In this document: one piece after another, positions 1-9,497 of the stretch
How positions within the stretch are numbered: the stretch's first letter is position 1
Layout: each line of letters starts with the position of its first letter
Source: Candidatus Hydrogenedentota bacterium
GTDB taxonomy: Bacteria > Hydrogenedentota > Hydrogenedentia > Hydrogenedentales > SLHB01
Direction of reading: 5' to 3'
Assembly (NCBI GenBank): GCA_963674865.2
Contig: CAXXYE010000011.1
Span: forward strand, 32,001 to 96,000
Length of the DNA: 64,000 nucleotides
Program-made: the position numbers and the translations under genes
The notes under the pieces: model-generated
Told to the model about the DNA's origin: nothing
What the model saw: the letters and a program-made list of their open reading frames with translations, nothing else
The model's database searches: none

Positions 1-1006
1 ACTTGTACATCGCCAGGGCCAGTTCCAAGGTAGGTCGAACGGCCCGACAGGGGATCACCACCTCGCGGTTTTGGGCGATGGCGTCGACACAATCGTCGAT
101 CACTATCTGATGGTCGATGCTGGCCAGGGCGGTGGGCGAACTCCCGGCCGTGGCCTGCTCGGCGTCGCCGGCTCCGCGGATCGTCTCGTCCTCGGGTAGT
201 TCGTCCTGAAATTTCCAGAGGGTGAACGCGGCTCCCTCCATGATGGCGGCCCCCTTTTCTCCATAGATCTCGATGCGGACATCGGTGCCGGGCCAAAGGG
301 CCGTGCTGGCATTGACCGATCCGACCGCGCCGTTTTTGAATCTGATCGAGGTCTCGAGAGTGTCTTCGAGTTCCACGTCGGGGTGGGCCAGATTACACAT
401 TTGGGCCTGGACGGACTCGGCCTGGCCGGCCAGATACGCCACGAGGTCGATGTAATGGAAGGCGTGCTGGATGGTCACGCCGGCCCCGCTGCGGCGCTGG
501 GAACGCCAGGCGTCGGTAAGGTAATACTCGGTCGAGCGGAACCATTTCATCACGGCATCGGCCCTCAGCAGCCGGCCGAAGCGGCCCTGTTCGATCGCTC
601 TCTTGATCTGTTGGATCGGTTCGCGGACGCGGCATTGGACGAAGATCCCGAACTTGCGATCCGCCGCGTCGCAGGCCTCGATCATGCGGTCGGTGTCGGC
701 CAGCGACATGGCGGGCGGCTTCTCGCAGAGGACGTGTTTGCCGGCGGCCGCCGCGGCCAGCACGGCGTCGGCGTGCAAGTGGTTGGGCGTGACGATACTG
801 ACGACCTCAACTTTGGGATCGGCCAGCATGTCGTCCAGCTTGGTGTAGACCTTGGCAGCGGGGGCATGGTCGGCGGCCAGTTTCGCAGCCCGATCTTGGG
901 CCACGTCGCAGACGGCGACGAGGTCGGCCTTCTGCGAGTTTTTCAGAGCGTCGCCGTGGAGGCCGGAAATCATGCCGGCGCCGAGGATTCCGAATCCGAT
1001 TGTCAT
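1..1006 (-). CDS. Gfo/Idh/MocA family oxidoreductase (3' end runs off the window)
   Basis: Manual translation from ATG at 1006: MTIGFGILGAGMISGLH..., later LCEKPP (EKP motif). Not in the ORF track because there is no stop within the window. Confidence 0.88.
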   Translation of the reverse strand, partial: MTIGFGILGAGMISGLHGDALKNSQKADLVAVCDVAQDRAAKLAADHAPAAKVYTKLDDMLADPKVEVVSIVTPNHLHADAVLAAAAAGKHVLCEKPPAMSLADTDRMIEACDAADRKFGIFVQCRVREPIQQIKRAIEQGRFGRLLRADAVMKWFRSTEYYLTDAWRSQRRSGAGVTIQHAFHYIDLVAYLAGQAESVQAQMCNLAHPDVELEDTLETSIRFKNGAVGSVNASTALWPGTDVRIEIYGEKGAAIMEGAAFTLWKFQDELPEDETIRGAGDAEQATAGSSPTALASIDHQIVIDDCVDAIAQNREVVIPCRAVRPTLELALAMYK

Positions 1007-1053
1007 TGGGAGATCCTGTTGGGCTGGTTGTTAGTGAGCCGGTTGGTGTCAGG

Positions 1054-2088
1054 TTAGGGGTGGAGGATGACTTTGAGGGCCCGGAGGGCTTCGATTTCCG
1101 CGAAGGCTTGTTCCCAGTCCGCAAGCGGCAGGCGGTGGGTGATGACTTCCTGGGCGGGGATCCGGCCGCTGGCGATCAGGTGGATGGTGCGATCCCAACT
1201 GGTGTAGCTGGTGGAGAGGCAGAAGTGGATGTCGGCCACTTTGAAGGCGGCCTGTTCCCAGGGGAAGTCGACGTTCTTGCCGCCGGTGAGCCCGATCGCA
1301 CAGATTCGCCCCTTCTTGCGAATTAGTCCCACGGAGGCAACGATCGCGGCCGGCGCACCGGAACACTCGACCACCAGATCGGCGCCCACCCCGCCGGTGA
1401 GATCCATTACGGCCTGCTGGACGTCGTCCTGAGCCACGTTGAGGACCGTCTCGAAGCCGAGTTGGCGAGCCTTATCCAGACGGAGTCCCACGTCGGGCGG
1501 GGCGCCCACCATGACGACGTGACGAGCACCGGCGGCTCGGGCGGTCAGGCCGGCCAAAAGGCCGATCGGCCCCGGGCCCAGCACCACGACGAAATCGCCC
1601 GCCGTAACGCCGGCTCGTTCGAGGACGTCGTGTACGGTGTTGGCGGTCGGCTCGACCACGGCCGCCGTGTCGAAGTCCATTTCGTCGGGGATGCGGTGGA
1701 GGAGTTGCTCGGGCATCACCAGGTACTTGGCCATCGAGCCATGGATGCCCCAGCCGGGGCTCCGCTTCTGGGCACATATCTGGACGTTGCCGGTGCGGCA
1801 GAGATAGCACTGGCCGCAGTGCCGGGTGTGCGGTTCCCCGACGACGCGGTCGCCCTCGGAGTAGTGTTTGCAGTCGGCCCCGGTCTCGACGATCACGCCG
1901 GCGAACTCATGTCCCAGGATCACGGGCGGCCAGTAGGGGAAACGGTCGTGCTTGACGTGGACGTCGGTCCCGCAGATCCCGCTGGAGTGGATCTCGATCA
2001 GGACTTGACCGGCGCCGGGGGTGGGCTCGGGCATGTCCATCAGGCGAAGGTGGCCGACGCCTTTTTCGGTTTTGACGAGGGCTTTCAT
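1054..2088 (-). CDS. Zinc-dependent (MDR) alcohol/polyol dehydrogenase
   Basis: GICGTDVH, GHEFAG, structural-Zn CxxCxxC-x7-C, GPGPIG nucleotide-binding motif; start taken at MKALVK. Confidence 0.92.
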   Translation of the reverse strand: MKALVKTEKGVGHLRLMDMPEPTPGAGQVLIEIHSSGICGTDVHVKHDRFPYWPPVILGHEFAGVIVETGADCKHYSEGDRVVGEPHTRHCGQCYLCRTGNVQICAQKRSPGWGIHGSMAKYLVMPEQLLHRIPDEMDFDTAAVVEPTANTVHDVLERAGVTAGDFVVVLGPGPIGLLAGLTARAAGARHVVMVGAPPDVGLRLDKARQLGFETVLNVAQDDVQQAVMDLTGGVGADLVVECSGAPAAIVASVGLIRKKGRICAIGLTGGKNVDFPWEQAAFKVADIHFCLSTSYTSWDRTIHLIASGRIPAQEVITHRLPLADWEQAFAEIEALRALKVILHP

Positions 2089-2182
2089 TGGCGTGATCCC
2101 TTCGGTTTCATGCATATCGAATCATCTCGCCGGGCTCCTAGTTGGAGAGCGCCATTTTGGCCCGAATCCGCGGCGTTCGCCA

Positions 2183-2253
2183 CACTAACCGGAAGCGCAA
2201 GCGAGGGAAGCAGTCGCTGGTTTCCCTCTCCTCGCTTGCGCTTCGGGTTAGTG
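2183..2253. repeat. REP-like inverted repeat, family A
   Basis: CACTAACCGGAAGCGCAAGCGAGG ... CCTCGCTTGCGCTTCGGGTTAGTG; near-identical second copy at 46447-46529; intergenic. Confidence 0.8.
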
Positions 2254-2278
2254 GGGGCGCCAAAGTGGCACTGTTCAA

Positions 2279-3520
2279 CTAGCCACACCAGCCGGCCGCG
2301 AAATCGCACAGTACGCATCCGGCCTTGGCTATCTCGTCCAGGGCGATCTGTTCCTCGTTGGTGTGAGCGTAGGCCAGGGTGCCGGGGCCGTAGACCACGG
2401 CGGGAATTCCCAACTGGTTGTTGTAGAACCACGAATCGCAGGAGGCCGTCATGGCGTCGACTTCGACGGGCAACTCCCACTGGCCGCAGGCCTGTTTGAG
2501 GGCTCGCACCAGATCATGTTCCGGGTCGAGCACGTGGCTGTCGTGGCGGTACATGAACTCGAGTTGGACGCGATCCTTGAGCCGCGAATCGCCGCAATTG
2601 TCCAACGCCAAGCGGACCTCGTCCATCACCTGGTATCGCGTCTTGTTGGGCAAGAGTCCGAGCACCCCCTCGACCACGGCCCGCGCCGGAGCGATGGCCG
2701 GCCAGACGCCCGCCTCACAACGGCCGAAGGTGATCGGCATTGGGTTTTCGTAGGCGTCAAACAGCGGGATTCCCCGCGATGCGGCCAGGAGATCGGCGTG
2801 GTAACCTTCGAGCACGTCCATCGCCTTTCTGGCGAGGGTCAGGGCGCTGACGGTGTCGCCGGCCCGGCCCGAGTGTCCCGGCTTGCCTTGGCAGAGGATG
2901 CGAAACCAGACGGCCCCGCGGACGCTGCTGTAGATCTTGTTGGTGGTGGGCTCCATCACCACGCAGGCGTCGGCCTCTTCGCCGGCCCGAACCATGGCCA
3001 GGGTGCCGTTGCCGCCGTTTTCCTCTTCATTGACTATATGGGCGATCAGGTCTCCGGCCAGCGGCAGGTTCAGTCTCTTGAGGACGGCGAGAACCAGGTA
3101 GATGGCGGCCACCTGCCCCTTGGCGTCGCAGGCGCCGCGGCCGTGGATCACGCCGTCAATCTCTTGGGGCTCGAAAGGTTTCTCTTGACCTTGCGAAGGC
3201 GGGACGACGTCGACGTGCGAGTTGAGCAAGAGGCGTTTGCCGCCGCCGGTTCCAGGCAGGCAGAGCCGGAGGTTGAAGCGACCGTCGTAGTCGATATTCG
3301 CGATCGGGCTGGAGTAGTCCTCGTCGTCCTTGAGGGCGTTGGAAAGCGGCACGCGGCAGACCTCGACGCCGAGCCGCTCGAAGGCACCCTCGGCCCAGCA
3401 GATCAGGTCGTGCTCTTTGCCGGACGTGGACGGAAACGAAATCAGCTTGCAGAGAAACTCCGCGGCGGACGGCATCAGTTCGTCGACGGCGTTGCGAATC
3501 GTGTCCTGGTTGGGCTGCAT
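2279..3520 (-). CDS. M20 family ArgE/DapE-like deacylase
   Basis: NSHVDVVP, GRGACDAKG, EEE, MEPT, AHT metal-binding motifs. Confidence 0.9.
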   Translation of the reverse strand: MQPNQDTIRNAVDELMPSAAEFLCKLISFPSTSGKEHDLICWAEGAFERLGVEVCRVPLSNALKDDEDYSSPIANIDYDGRFNLRLCLPGTGGGKRLLLNSHVDVVPPSQGQEKPFEPQEIDGVIHGRGACDAKGQVAAIYLVLAVLKRLNLPLAGDLIAHIVNEEENGGNGTLAMVRAGEEADACVVMEPTTNKIYSSVRGAVWFRILCQGKPGHSGRAGDTVSALTLARKAMDVLEGYHADLLAASRGIPLFDAYENPMPITFGRCEAGVWPAIAPARAVVEGVLGLLPNKTRYQVMDEVRLALDNCGDSRLKDRVQLEFMYRHDSHVLDPEHDLVRALKQACGQWELPVEVDAMTASCDSWFYNNQLGIPAVVYGPGTLAYAHTNEEQIALDEIAKAGCVLCDFAAGWCG

Positions 3521-3533
3521 GGGTGTTCCTTTC

Positions 3534-4850
3534 TCACAACGAGAGCAATACTTTTTCCATGATGTCGCAACTCTCGTGGACCTCGGCCTCGCCGATCACC
3601 AGGGGCGGGGCCACGCGGATGACGTTTCCGAAGATCCCGACCGAGCCGACCAGGAGGCCGTTGGCGGCGCAGGTGTCGATGATCGGGCGGATCAACTCGG
3701 GGGCCGGCTGCTTGGTCTTCTTGTCCTTGACGAACTCCAGGCCCATCACCAGTCCACGGCCGCGGACGTCGCCCAGGTATTTGCATTTCTCCTGGATTTG
3801 TCGGAGTCGCTCCATGATCAGGGCACCCTGCTTGACGGCGTTCTCGGCGAGCTTTTCCTTCTGCATGATTTCGAGCACGGCTATCACCGCGGCGCTGCCG
3901 ACGGGGTTGCCGCCGGCGGTGCTGCTCATCTCGCCTTTGGCGAGGCAGCCGAAGACGTCGCTGGTGCCCGCAATCGCCGAGACGGGATAGCCGGAGCCGA
4001 TGCCCTTGCCGATACACATCAGATCGGGCGTGAGCCCTTCCTGGGTGTGTGCCCATTGAGAGCCGGTGCGGCCGTAGCTTGACTGGACCTCGTCGACCGT
4101 GAACAGCAGGCCTCGATCGTGGGCCCAGTCTTCAAGTCGTTTGAGATATCCGGCCGGCGGAAAGATGAATCCGGCGGCGCCCTGGTAGGGTTCGACCACT
4201 ATGCCGGCCAGGCTGTTGCAGGAACTGGCCCGGACCTCGTCGTCGAGGGCTTCGAGGTGCTTGTCGGCGCACTCTTCTTCGGTGCTGGAGCCGAACCGGC
4301 AGCGGTAGAAGTAGGGGAAGGGCGCTCGAATAACGCCCGCCATCGCCGGGCCGTAGCCCCGTTTGGGACCTCCCATGCCGCCGATCGAGGCCGCGGCGTA
4401 TGTGCGTCCGTGGAAACCACCGTGGAAGCCGATGATTTCGAAGCCGCCGGTCTTTCGCTTCATGATGCGGACGGCGGCCTCGACGGCCTCGCTTCCCGTC
4501 GAGAGGAAGAAGCACTTGTCCATGTGGGGAGGCAGGGCGTCGACCAACTTCTCGGCCGCCAGAACGCGATAGCGGCTGGGGCACTCGTAGTTGTTCAACA
4601 ACCGCCGCGAGGACTGCTGCACGGCTTCGACCAGATGAGGATGGGCGTGGCCGACGTTGGTCACCAACACGCCGCTGGTCCAGTCGAGAAACGTGTTTCC
4701 GTCGACGTCGGTCACGGTGCAACCGCGTCCCTCTTCCCAAACGATGGCCGCCTGATAGCCGGTCGAATCGGCCTCGACTTTGAGCCAGCGGTCGATCAGT
4801 TCTTTGGAGTTGGGGCCGGGGACGGGGGTCTTCAGGTTGACTATGGGCAT
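3534..4850 (-). CDS. Class III PLP-dependent aminotransferase (GabT/ArgD-like)
   Basis: TGSEAVE, FHGRT, EPYQG, DEVQSSYGRTG, GKGIG (PLP Lys), GGNP. Confidence 0.92.
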   Translation of the reverse strand: MPIVNLKTPVPGPNSKELIDRWLKVEADSTGYQAAIVWEEGRGCTVTDVDGNTFLDWTSGVLVTNVGHAHPHLVEAVQQSSRRLLNNYECPSRYRVLAAEKLVDALPPHMDKCFFLSTGSEAVEAAVRIMKRKTGGFEIIGFHGGFHGRTYAAASIGGMGGPKRGYGPAMAGVIRAPFPYFYRCRFGSSTEEECADKHLEALDDEVRASSCNSLAGIVVEPYQGAAGFIFPPAGYLKRLEDWAHDRGLLFTVDEVQSSYGRTGSQWAHTQEGLTPDLMCIGKGIGSGYPVSAIAGTSDVFGCLAKGEMSSTAGGNPVGSAAVIAVLEIMQKEKLAENAVKQGALIMERLRQIQEKCKYLGDVRGRGLVMGLEFVKDKKTKQPAPELIRPIIDTCAANGLLVGSVGIFGNVIRVAPPLVIGEAEVHESCDIMEKVLLSL

Positions 4851-4858
4851 GGGAGTAT

Positions 4859-5043
4859 TGGTTAGTTGGTTAGTTGTTGGTGGTTAGTTGTTGGTGGTTA
4901 GTTGTTGGTGGGCTGTGAGCAGTCGGGGAATGTGTCGCACCTTCGGTTCACGACATGGCTGGGGCTGACGCTCTACAACTCGCATCGCAACGCTCAAAGC
5001 TCAAGGCTCGTTGCTCACGGCTCATTGCTCAAGGCTCACCGCT
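4859..5043. repeat. Short (7/14-nt) tandem repeat tracts in intergenic DNA
   Basis: Repeated TGGTTAG-TTGTTGG units at ~4859-4911 and GCTCANN units at ~4992-5043. Confidence 0.7.
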
Positions 5044-5045
5044 TA

Positions 5046-6062
5046 TTACTCACCCGCCTTGAGCACCTCTTTGTTGACGCAGTAGCGGGGTGGTTTGCCG
5101 TCCAGCCCCAGGTTGATATCCTCGACGATCTTCTCGCGGATGGTCCAGGCGGCGTCTTCACTGTACCAGGAGAGGTGGGGCGTGAGGATGGCGTTGTCCA
5201 TATCCAAGAGCGGATAGGTATCGGTCGGCGGTTCCGTGTCGTAGACGTCGATTCCGGCGCCCGCGATCGTGCCTTCGCGGAGGGCTTCGGCCAGGGCTTC
5301 GTGGTCCACCATCGGTCCCCGCGAGGTATTTATCAGGTAGGCGGTCGGCTTCATCAGTTTGAGCGTATCGCGGTTGACCAGATGCCGGGTCTCGTCGTTC
5401 AGGGGCGTGTGAATGGAGATGAAGTCGGACTCGCGGAAGACCTGTTCGAGCGGGACCGTATCCGTTCCCAGCCGCTCCAACCGGGTTGCGGAAAGATAGG
5501 GATCGCAGATCAGTATCGTCTCGAAGCCGAAGCTTCGCATCTTTTCGAACAAGGTGCCGCCGATGCGGCCGCAGCCGATGATTCCCAGGGTCTTGCCGGT
5601 CATGCGGTAGCACTTGGCCAGCGGAGTAAAATCCCACTGGCCCCGGGCAATGGAATCATCGAGGATCTTGCGGCTTTGGGGCACCTGTCTGGCACAGGCG
5701 AAGATCAGCGAGATCGCCTGCTCGGCCACCTCTTCCATGCAATAGTCGGGGCAGTAGGCGAAGGGGATACCCCTGGCGGTGCATGCGTCCACGTCGACGT
5801 TATCGTAGCCGGCACCGTGTCGGATGAGTCGTTTGCACGCCTTGAGCGAGTTGATCACGGAGGCGGGGAAAGGCACCATGTTGACCACGATCACGGTGGC
5901 GTCCTCGACCGCGGCGATAACTTCCTCCTCGGGACGGAACTTGAGTTGCAGAGCGGTGAAGTCCACCCCGCGCCGTTCCATCTGTTCGGCTTCCCAATCC
6001 ATGTCCGGTTCGATATAGTCGGTCACCACGACCTTGGGTCTTGGACTCATGTGCTTCTCCAT
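5046..6062 (-). CDS. D-2-hydroxyacid dehydrogenase (CtBP/SerA-like)
   Basis: GAGYDNVD, GCGRIG, INTSRG, DVYDTEP, TPHLSWYS. Confidence 0.92.
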   Translation of the reverse strand: MEKHMSPRPKVVVTDYIEPDMDWEAEQMERRGVDFTALQLKFRPEEEVIAAVEDATVIVVNMVPFPASVINSLKACKRLIRHGAGYDNVDVDACTARGIPFAYCPDYCMEEVAEQAISLIFACARQVPQSRKILDDSIARGQWDFTPLAKCYRMTGKTLGIIGCGRIGGTLFEKMRSFGFETILICDPYLSATRLERLGTDTVPLEQVFRESDFISIHTPLNDETRHLVNRDTLKLMKPTAYLINTSRGPMVDHEALAEALREGTIAGAGIDVYDTEPPTDTYPLLDMDNAILTPHLSWYSEDAAWTIREKIVEDINLGLDGKPPRYCVNKEVLKAGE

Positions 6063-6159
6063 TCGGCTCGTCTGATTGCGTTTGCTGATTGTTGTCCGCC
6101 GGTCGAGGTCGTGTGTGGGGTCGGTTCCGGTGCGGCGGCGAAAGGCGGGCTTGGCGGGG

Positions 6160-7221
6160 CTATTTCAATTCGACCGCTTGGCCGCTCTGGGACGATTTGT
6201 AGATTGCCTCGACCACCTGCAGGGCCTTGACGGCGTCGTCGCCGCCGATTTGCGGTTTGCGGCGACGGCGGACGTCCTGGGCTATTTCCGCCACATACTC
6301 CAGCCCCAGCGAGCCGCAGTAGCCGGGCAGGGCGTCGAGTTCGAAATCGATTGTCTTGCGGGGGGCGCCCCCGAAACGGGGATCGTTGCTGCATACAAAG
6401 AGAGTCTGCCGGGTGCCTTCGAAGGCGGGCGCGTAGTTGATGCAACCCTCGGTCCCGCGGAGCGAGAGGTAAAGGTCCCGCCCGAACGGATAGCTGTCGG
6501 GCACGGTATAGCTGATGTCCAACGAGAGCGTGGCGCCCGTGTTGAAGGTACAGATAGCGAAGGAGTTGTCTTCGATGTCGTAGTCTGCATTGACTTGGAC
6601 ATTCTTTCCAATCACCTGGGTGATTTCACCGTCAAGCAGCCAGCGGAAGAGGTCGATCCAGTGGACGCCCAGATTGTACATCGGTCCTCCGCCGCTTTTT
6701 TTGCGATCCAGCATCCAGGCGGCGTTTCCCTCGATGTAGCGGTGCAGCCCACCCGCCGCACAGCGCCCCTCGCAGCCTACGATTCGGCCGAGGATCCCCG
6801 AATCGACGATCCGCTTCATCTCGCGACAGACGGGGTGATAGCGCCAGAGATAGGGCGTGCTGAAGAGGACCCGGTTCTCGCGGCAGGCTTCCACGATCCG
6901 CTTGGCCCGCAGTGCCGTGTTGGCGACGGGTTTCTCGACCACGAGGTGGATTTCTTGTTTGGCACACGCAATTGCGGCGGCCGGGCACTCGTCGTGGGGC
7001 AGGAAGATGTAGGCCAGGTCGAGTTCTTCCTTCGTCAGCATCTTCCGCCAGTTGGCGTAGGCCGAGACGCCGAAGTCTCGTTTAAACCCGGCGCGGAGTT
7101 CCTCGGTGGGGTCGGCGACCGCCACGACCTTGGTGCTCGGCGTGGCGTTGAAGTGCGGCATGTAGGTCCGCGGATGCAGATGTCCCAAACCGATGATGCC
7201 GACTTTCAGCGGACTTGCCAC
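6160..7221 (-). CDS. Gfo/Idh/MocA family oxidoreductase
   Basis: KVGIIGLGH, VEKP, GGGPMYNLGVHWID; GTG start at 7221 behind a GGAG RBS. Confidence 0.9.
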   Translation of the reverse strand: MASPLKVGIIGLGHLHPRTYMPHFNATPSTKVVAVADPTEELRAGFKRDFGVSAYANWRKMLTKEELDLAYIFLPHDECPAAAIACAKQEIHLVVEKPVANTALRAKRIVEACRENRVLFSTPYLWRYHPVCREMKRIVDSGILGRIVGCEGRCAAGGLHRYIEGNAAWMLDRKKSGGGPMYNLGVHWIDLFRWLLDGEITQVIGKNVQVNADYDIEDNSFAICTFNTGATLSLDISYTVPDSYPFGRDLYLSLRGTEGCINYAPAFEGTRQTLFVCSNDPRFGGAPRKTIDFELDALPGYCGSLGLEYVAEIAQDVRRRRKPQIGGDDAVKALQVVEAIYKSSQSGQAVELK

Positions 7222-7766
7222 GGGGTCCGTCTCCTGCAAAAAGAGGAAGCGCTTGACGATCAAGCCAGTAAGAATAACCCGCCAGGTGGGAAGCTGGCAA
7301 GGACTGCGGACCGGCGGTGACGGAGCCGCATGGTTCCAAGATGGGGCGACGCCGGAGGGTTGGTGTCCGTCTGGGCGGCGAGAGATATATCGTGAAATCT
7401 CCCGAGGGCACGGCTGGCAAGGGCAACCCCCTTGTTTGAGTGGGGTATTCCGAGGCTATCGCACCCCCTCTGCTGAGTTGAACCGGCGTGGACTCGCATT
7501 TCTCACCAGCGCGGGACATGCTGGAGTCAAGACTACTTCGAGCGGGGCATCATGGGGTGGCTGGAGAAGTAGAGGCTATTGCCAAGTCCCCAGAAAGCAC
7601 GCTTCGGCGCTAGACACGGATAGGGGGGGGTGGGATAGAATGGTTGGGATCGAAAGACTGAATCGGCGTTACCTGTTGCGTGTTTCCGGTGTTGTATAGC
7701 CTGTAACGACATCCACCGGTTGGCGAATGCAACGTGGTGAGCCACGTACGGGAGTGAAGGGGTTCA

Positions 7767-9419
7767 ATGAAGACATTAACGGCATGGGCGATTGTTCTGC
7801 TGACGTTGGCGGGCAGCGCGGCGTTCTCAGAGACGACATCAAACATTTACGAGAGCCCCGTCCCTCTGAAGCCCACGGGTCAGATAGACAAGATCGTGCT
7901 TGCCAAGCTGGCATCGATGGAGATCAAGCCGGTCCGCTGCTCGGATGCGGTGTTCCTGCGACGAGCCTATATGGACGTGATCGGTACGCTGCCTACCGCG
8001 GAAGAGGCCAGGAAGTTCATTGAAGACACGGCCAAGAACAAGCGTCATGCCTTGATCGATGACCTGATGGCGCGGGATGAGTTCGCGGATTACTGGTCGA
8101 TGAGATGGGGCGACGTTTTGCGGATTAAGGCTGAATTTCCCATCAACCTTTGGCCCAACGCGGCGCAAGCTTATCACCGCTGGGTGCGGGCGTCGATCGT
8201 CCAGAACAAGCCGTACGACCAGTTTGCCCGGGAAATGCTGACTTCCAGCGGCAGCAATTTTCGCGTTGGACCGGTGAATTTCTACCGCGCCGTACAGAAC
8301 AAGACTCCCGACGGCATCGCCACCGCGGTGGCCCTGACGTTCATGGGGGCGCGAGCCGAGTCTTGGCCCGCGGAGCGTCTGGCGGGCACGGCGGTGTTCT
8401 TTTCACAGATCGGCTACAAGCCGACCAGCGAGTGGAAGGAGGAGAACGTCTTCTGGGATCCTCTCCATCTGGCCGGTGTGGCGGGCAACGTGGCGCCCGG
8501 CCAGGCGGCCGTCGATCCGTCTTTGCCGGCCGGCGGCGAAGAGCCGGCCGAAGTGCCGGCCAACAATAAGCCGCTGGCGGCGGTCTTTCCGGACGGCACC
8601 AAGATTCAATTGGCCCCCAACCAGGATCCGCGGGAAGCTTTCGCCGATTGGCTGATCGCGGAAGATAATCCCTGGTTCAATCGGGCCATCGTGAACCGCG
8701 TCTGGGCGTGGCTCTTGGGACGGGGAATCGTCCATGAGCCGGACGACATCCGGGACGACAACCCGCCGAGCAATCCAGAGTTGCTCGCCTATCTGGAGAA
8801 AGAACTGGTCGAGAGCAATTATGATTTGAAACATCTCTACAGGTTGATCCTGACCTCCGAGACATATCAGTTTTCTTCCATGCCCCGGTTTACCGAGCCG
8901 GAGGCCGTGGCCAATTTTGCCAGCTATCCGATCCGCCGATTGGATGCGGAAATACTGATCGACGCGGTCAACGATATCACCGGTACGACGGATCTCTACA
9001 CCAGCGCCATCCCGGAGCCGTTTACATATATTCCGCGGGATATGCCGGCAATCGCCTTGGCGGACGGGAGCATCACGAGTTCGTTCCTGGCATTGTTCGG
9101 CCGATCGGCGCGAGCCACGGGGATGCAAAACGAACGGGATAACGACCTCGTTCCCGCCCAGTGGCTGCACATGCTCAATTCGAGCAATATCCAGTTGAAG
9201 CTTGAACGCGGCCCCAAGCTCAAGACGGTCTTCGCATCCGGCAAGCAACCGGCCAGGATGCTGGAGGATCTTTTCCTGACGATTCTCTCGCGTTTCCCAA
9301 CGCCGGAGGAGGCGCAGACGGCGGCGGAGTACGCCGAAACCCCGGGAGCCAAGGGCCAGGCTGCGCTTGACCTTGCCTGGTCTCTGATCAACAGCACCGA
9401 GTTTCTCCATCGGCACTGA
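7767..9419 (+). CDS. DUF1549/DUF1553 domain secreted protein
   Basis: Signal peptide; FLRRAYMDVIGTLPT, NKPYDQFAREML, VNRVWAWLLGRGIV, PSNPELL, DLAWSLINSTEF. Confidence 0.9.
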   Translation: MKTLTAWAIVLLTLAGSAAFSETTSNIYESPVPLKPTGQIDKIVLAKLASMEIKPVRCSDAVFLRRAYMDVIGTLPTAEEARKFIEDTAKNKRHALIDDLMARDEFADYWSMRWGDVLRIKAEFPINLWPNAAQAYHRWVRASIVQNKPYDQFAREMLTSSGSNFRVGPVNFYRAVQNKTPDGIATAVALTFMGARAESWPAERLAGTAVFFSQIGYKPTSEWKEENVFWDPLHLAGVAGNVAPGQAAVDPSLPAGGEEPAEVPANNKPLAAVFPDGTKIQLAPNQDPREAFADWLIAEDNPWFNRAIVNRVWAWLLGRGIVHEPDDIRDDNPPSNPELLAYLEKELVESNYDLKHLYRLILTSETYQFSSMPRFTEPEAVANFASYPIRRLDAEILIDAVNDITGTTDLYTSAIPEPFTYIPRDMPAIALADGSITSSFLALFGRSARATGMQNERDNDLVPAQWLHMLNSSNIQLKLERGPKLKTVFASGKQPARMLEDLFLTILSRFPTPEEAQTAAEYAETPGAKGQAALDLAWSLINSTEFLHRH

Positions 9420-9497
9420 TTTCTTTCAAATTCGCAAGAGGGTTTTTGACCCCTTGACCACCGATACGATCGGACCAATACAGAGGAAGCCGAAAAC

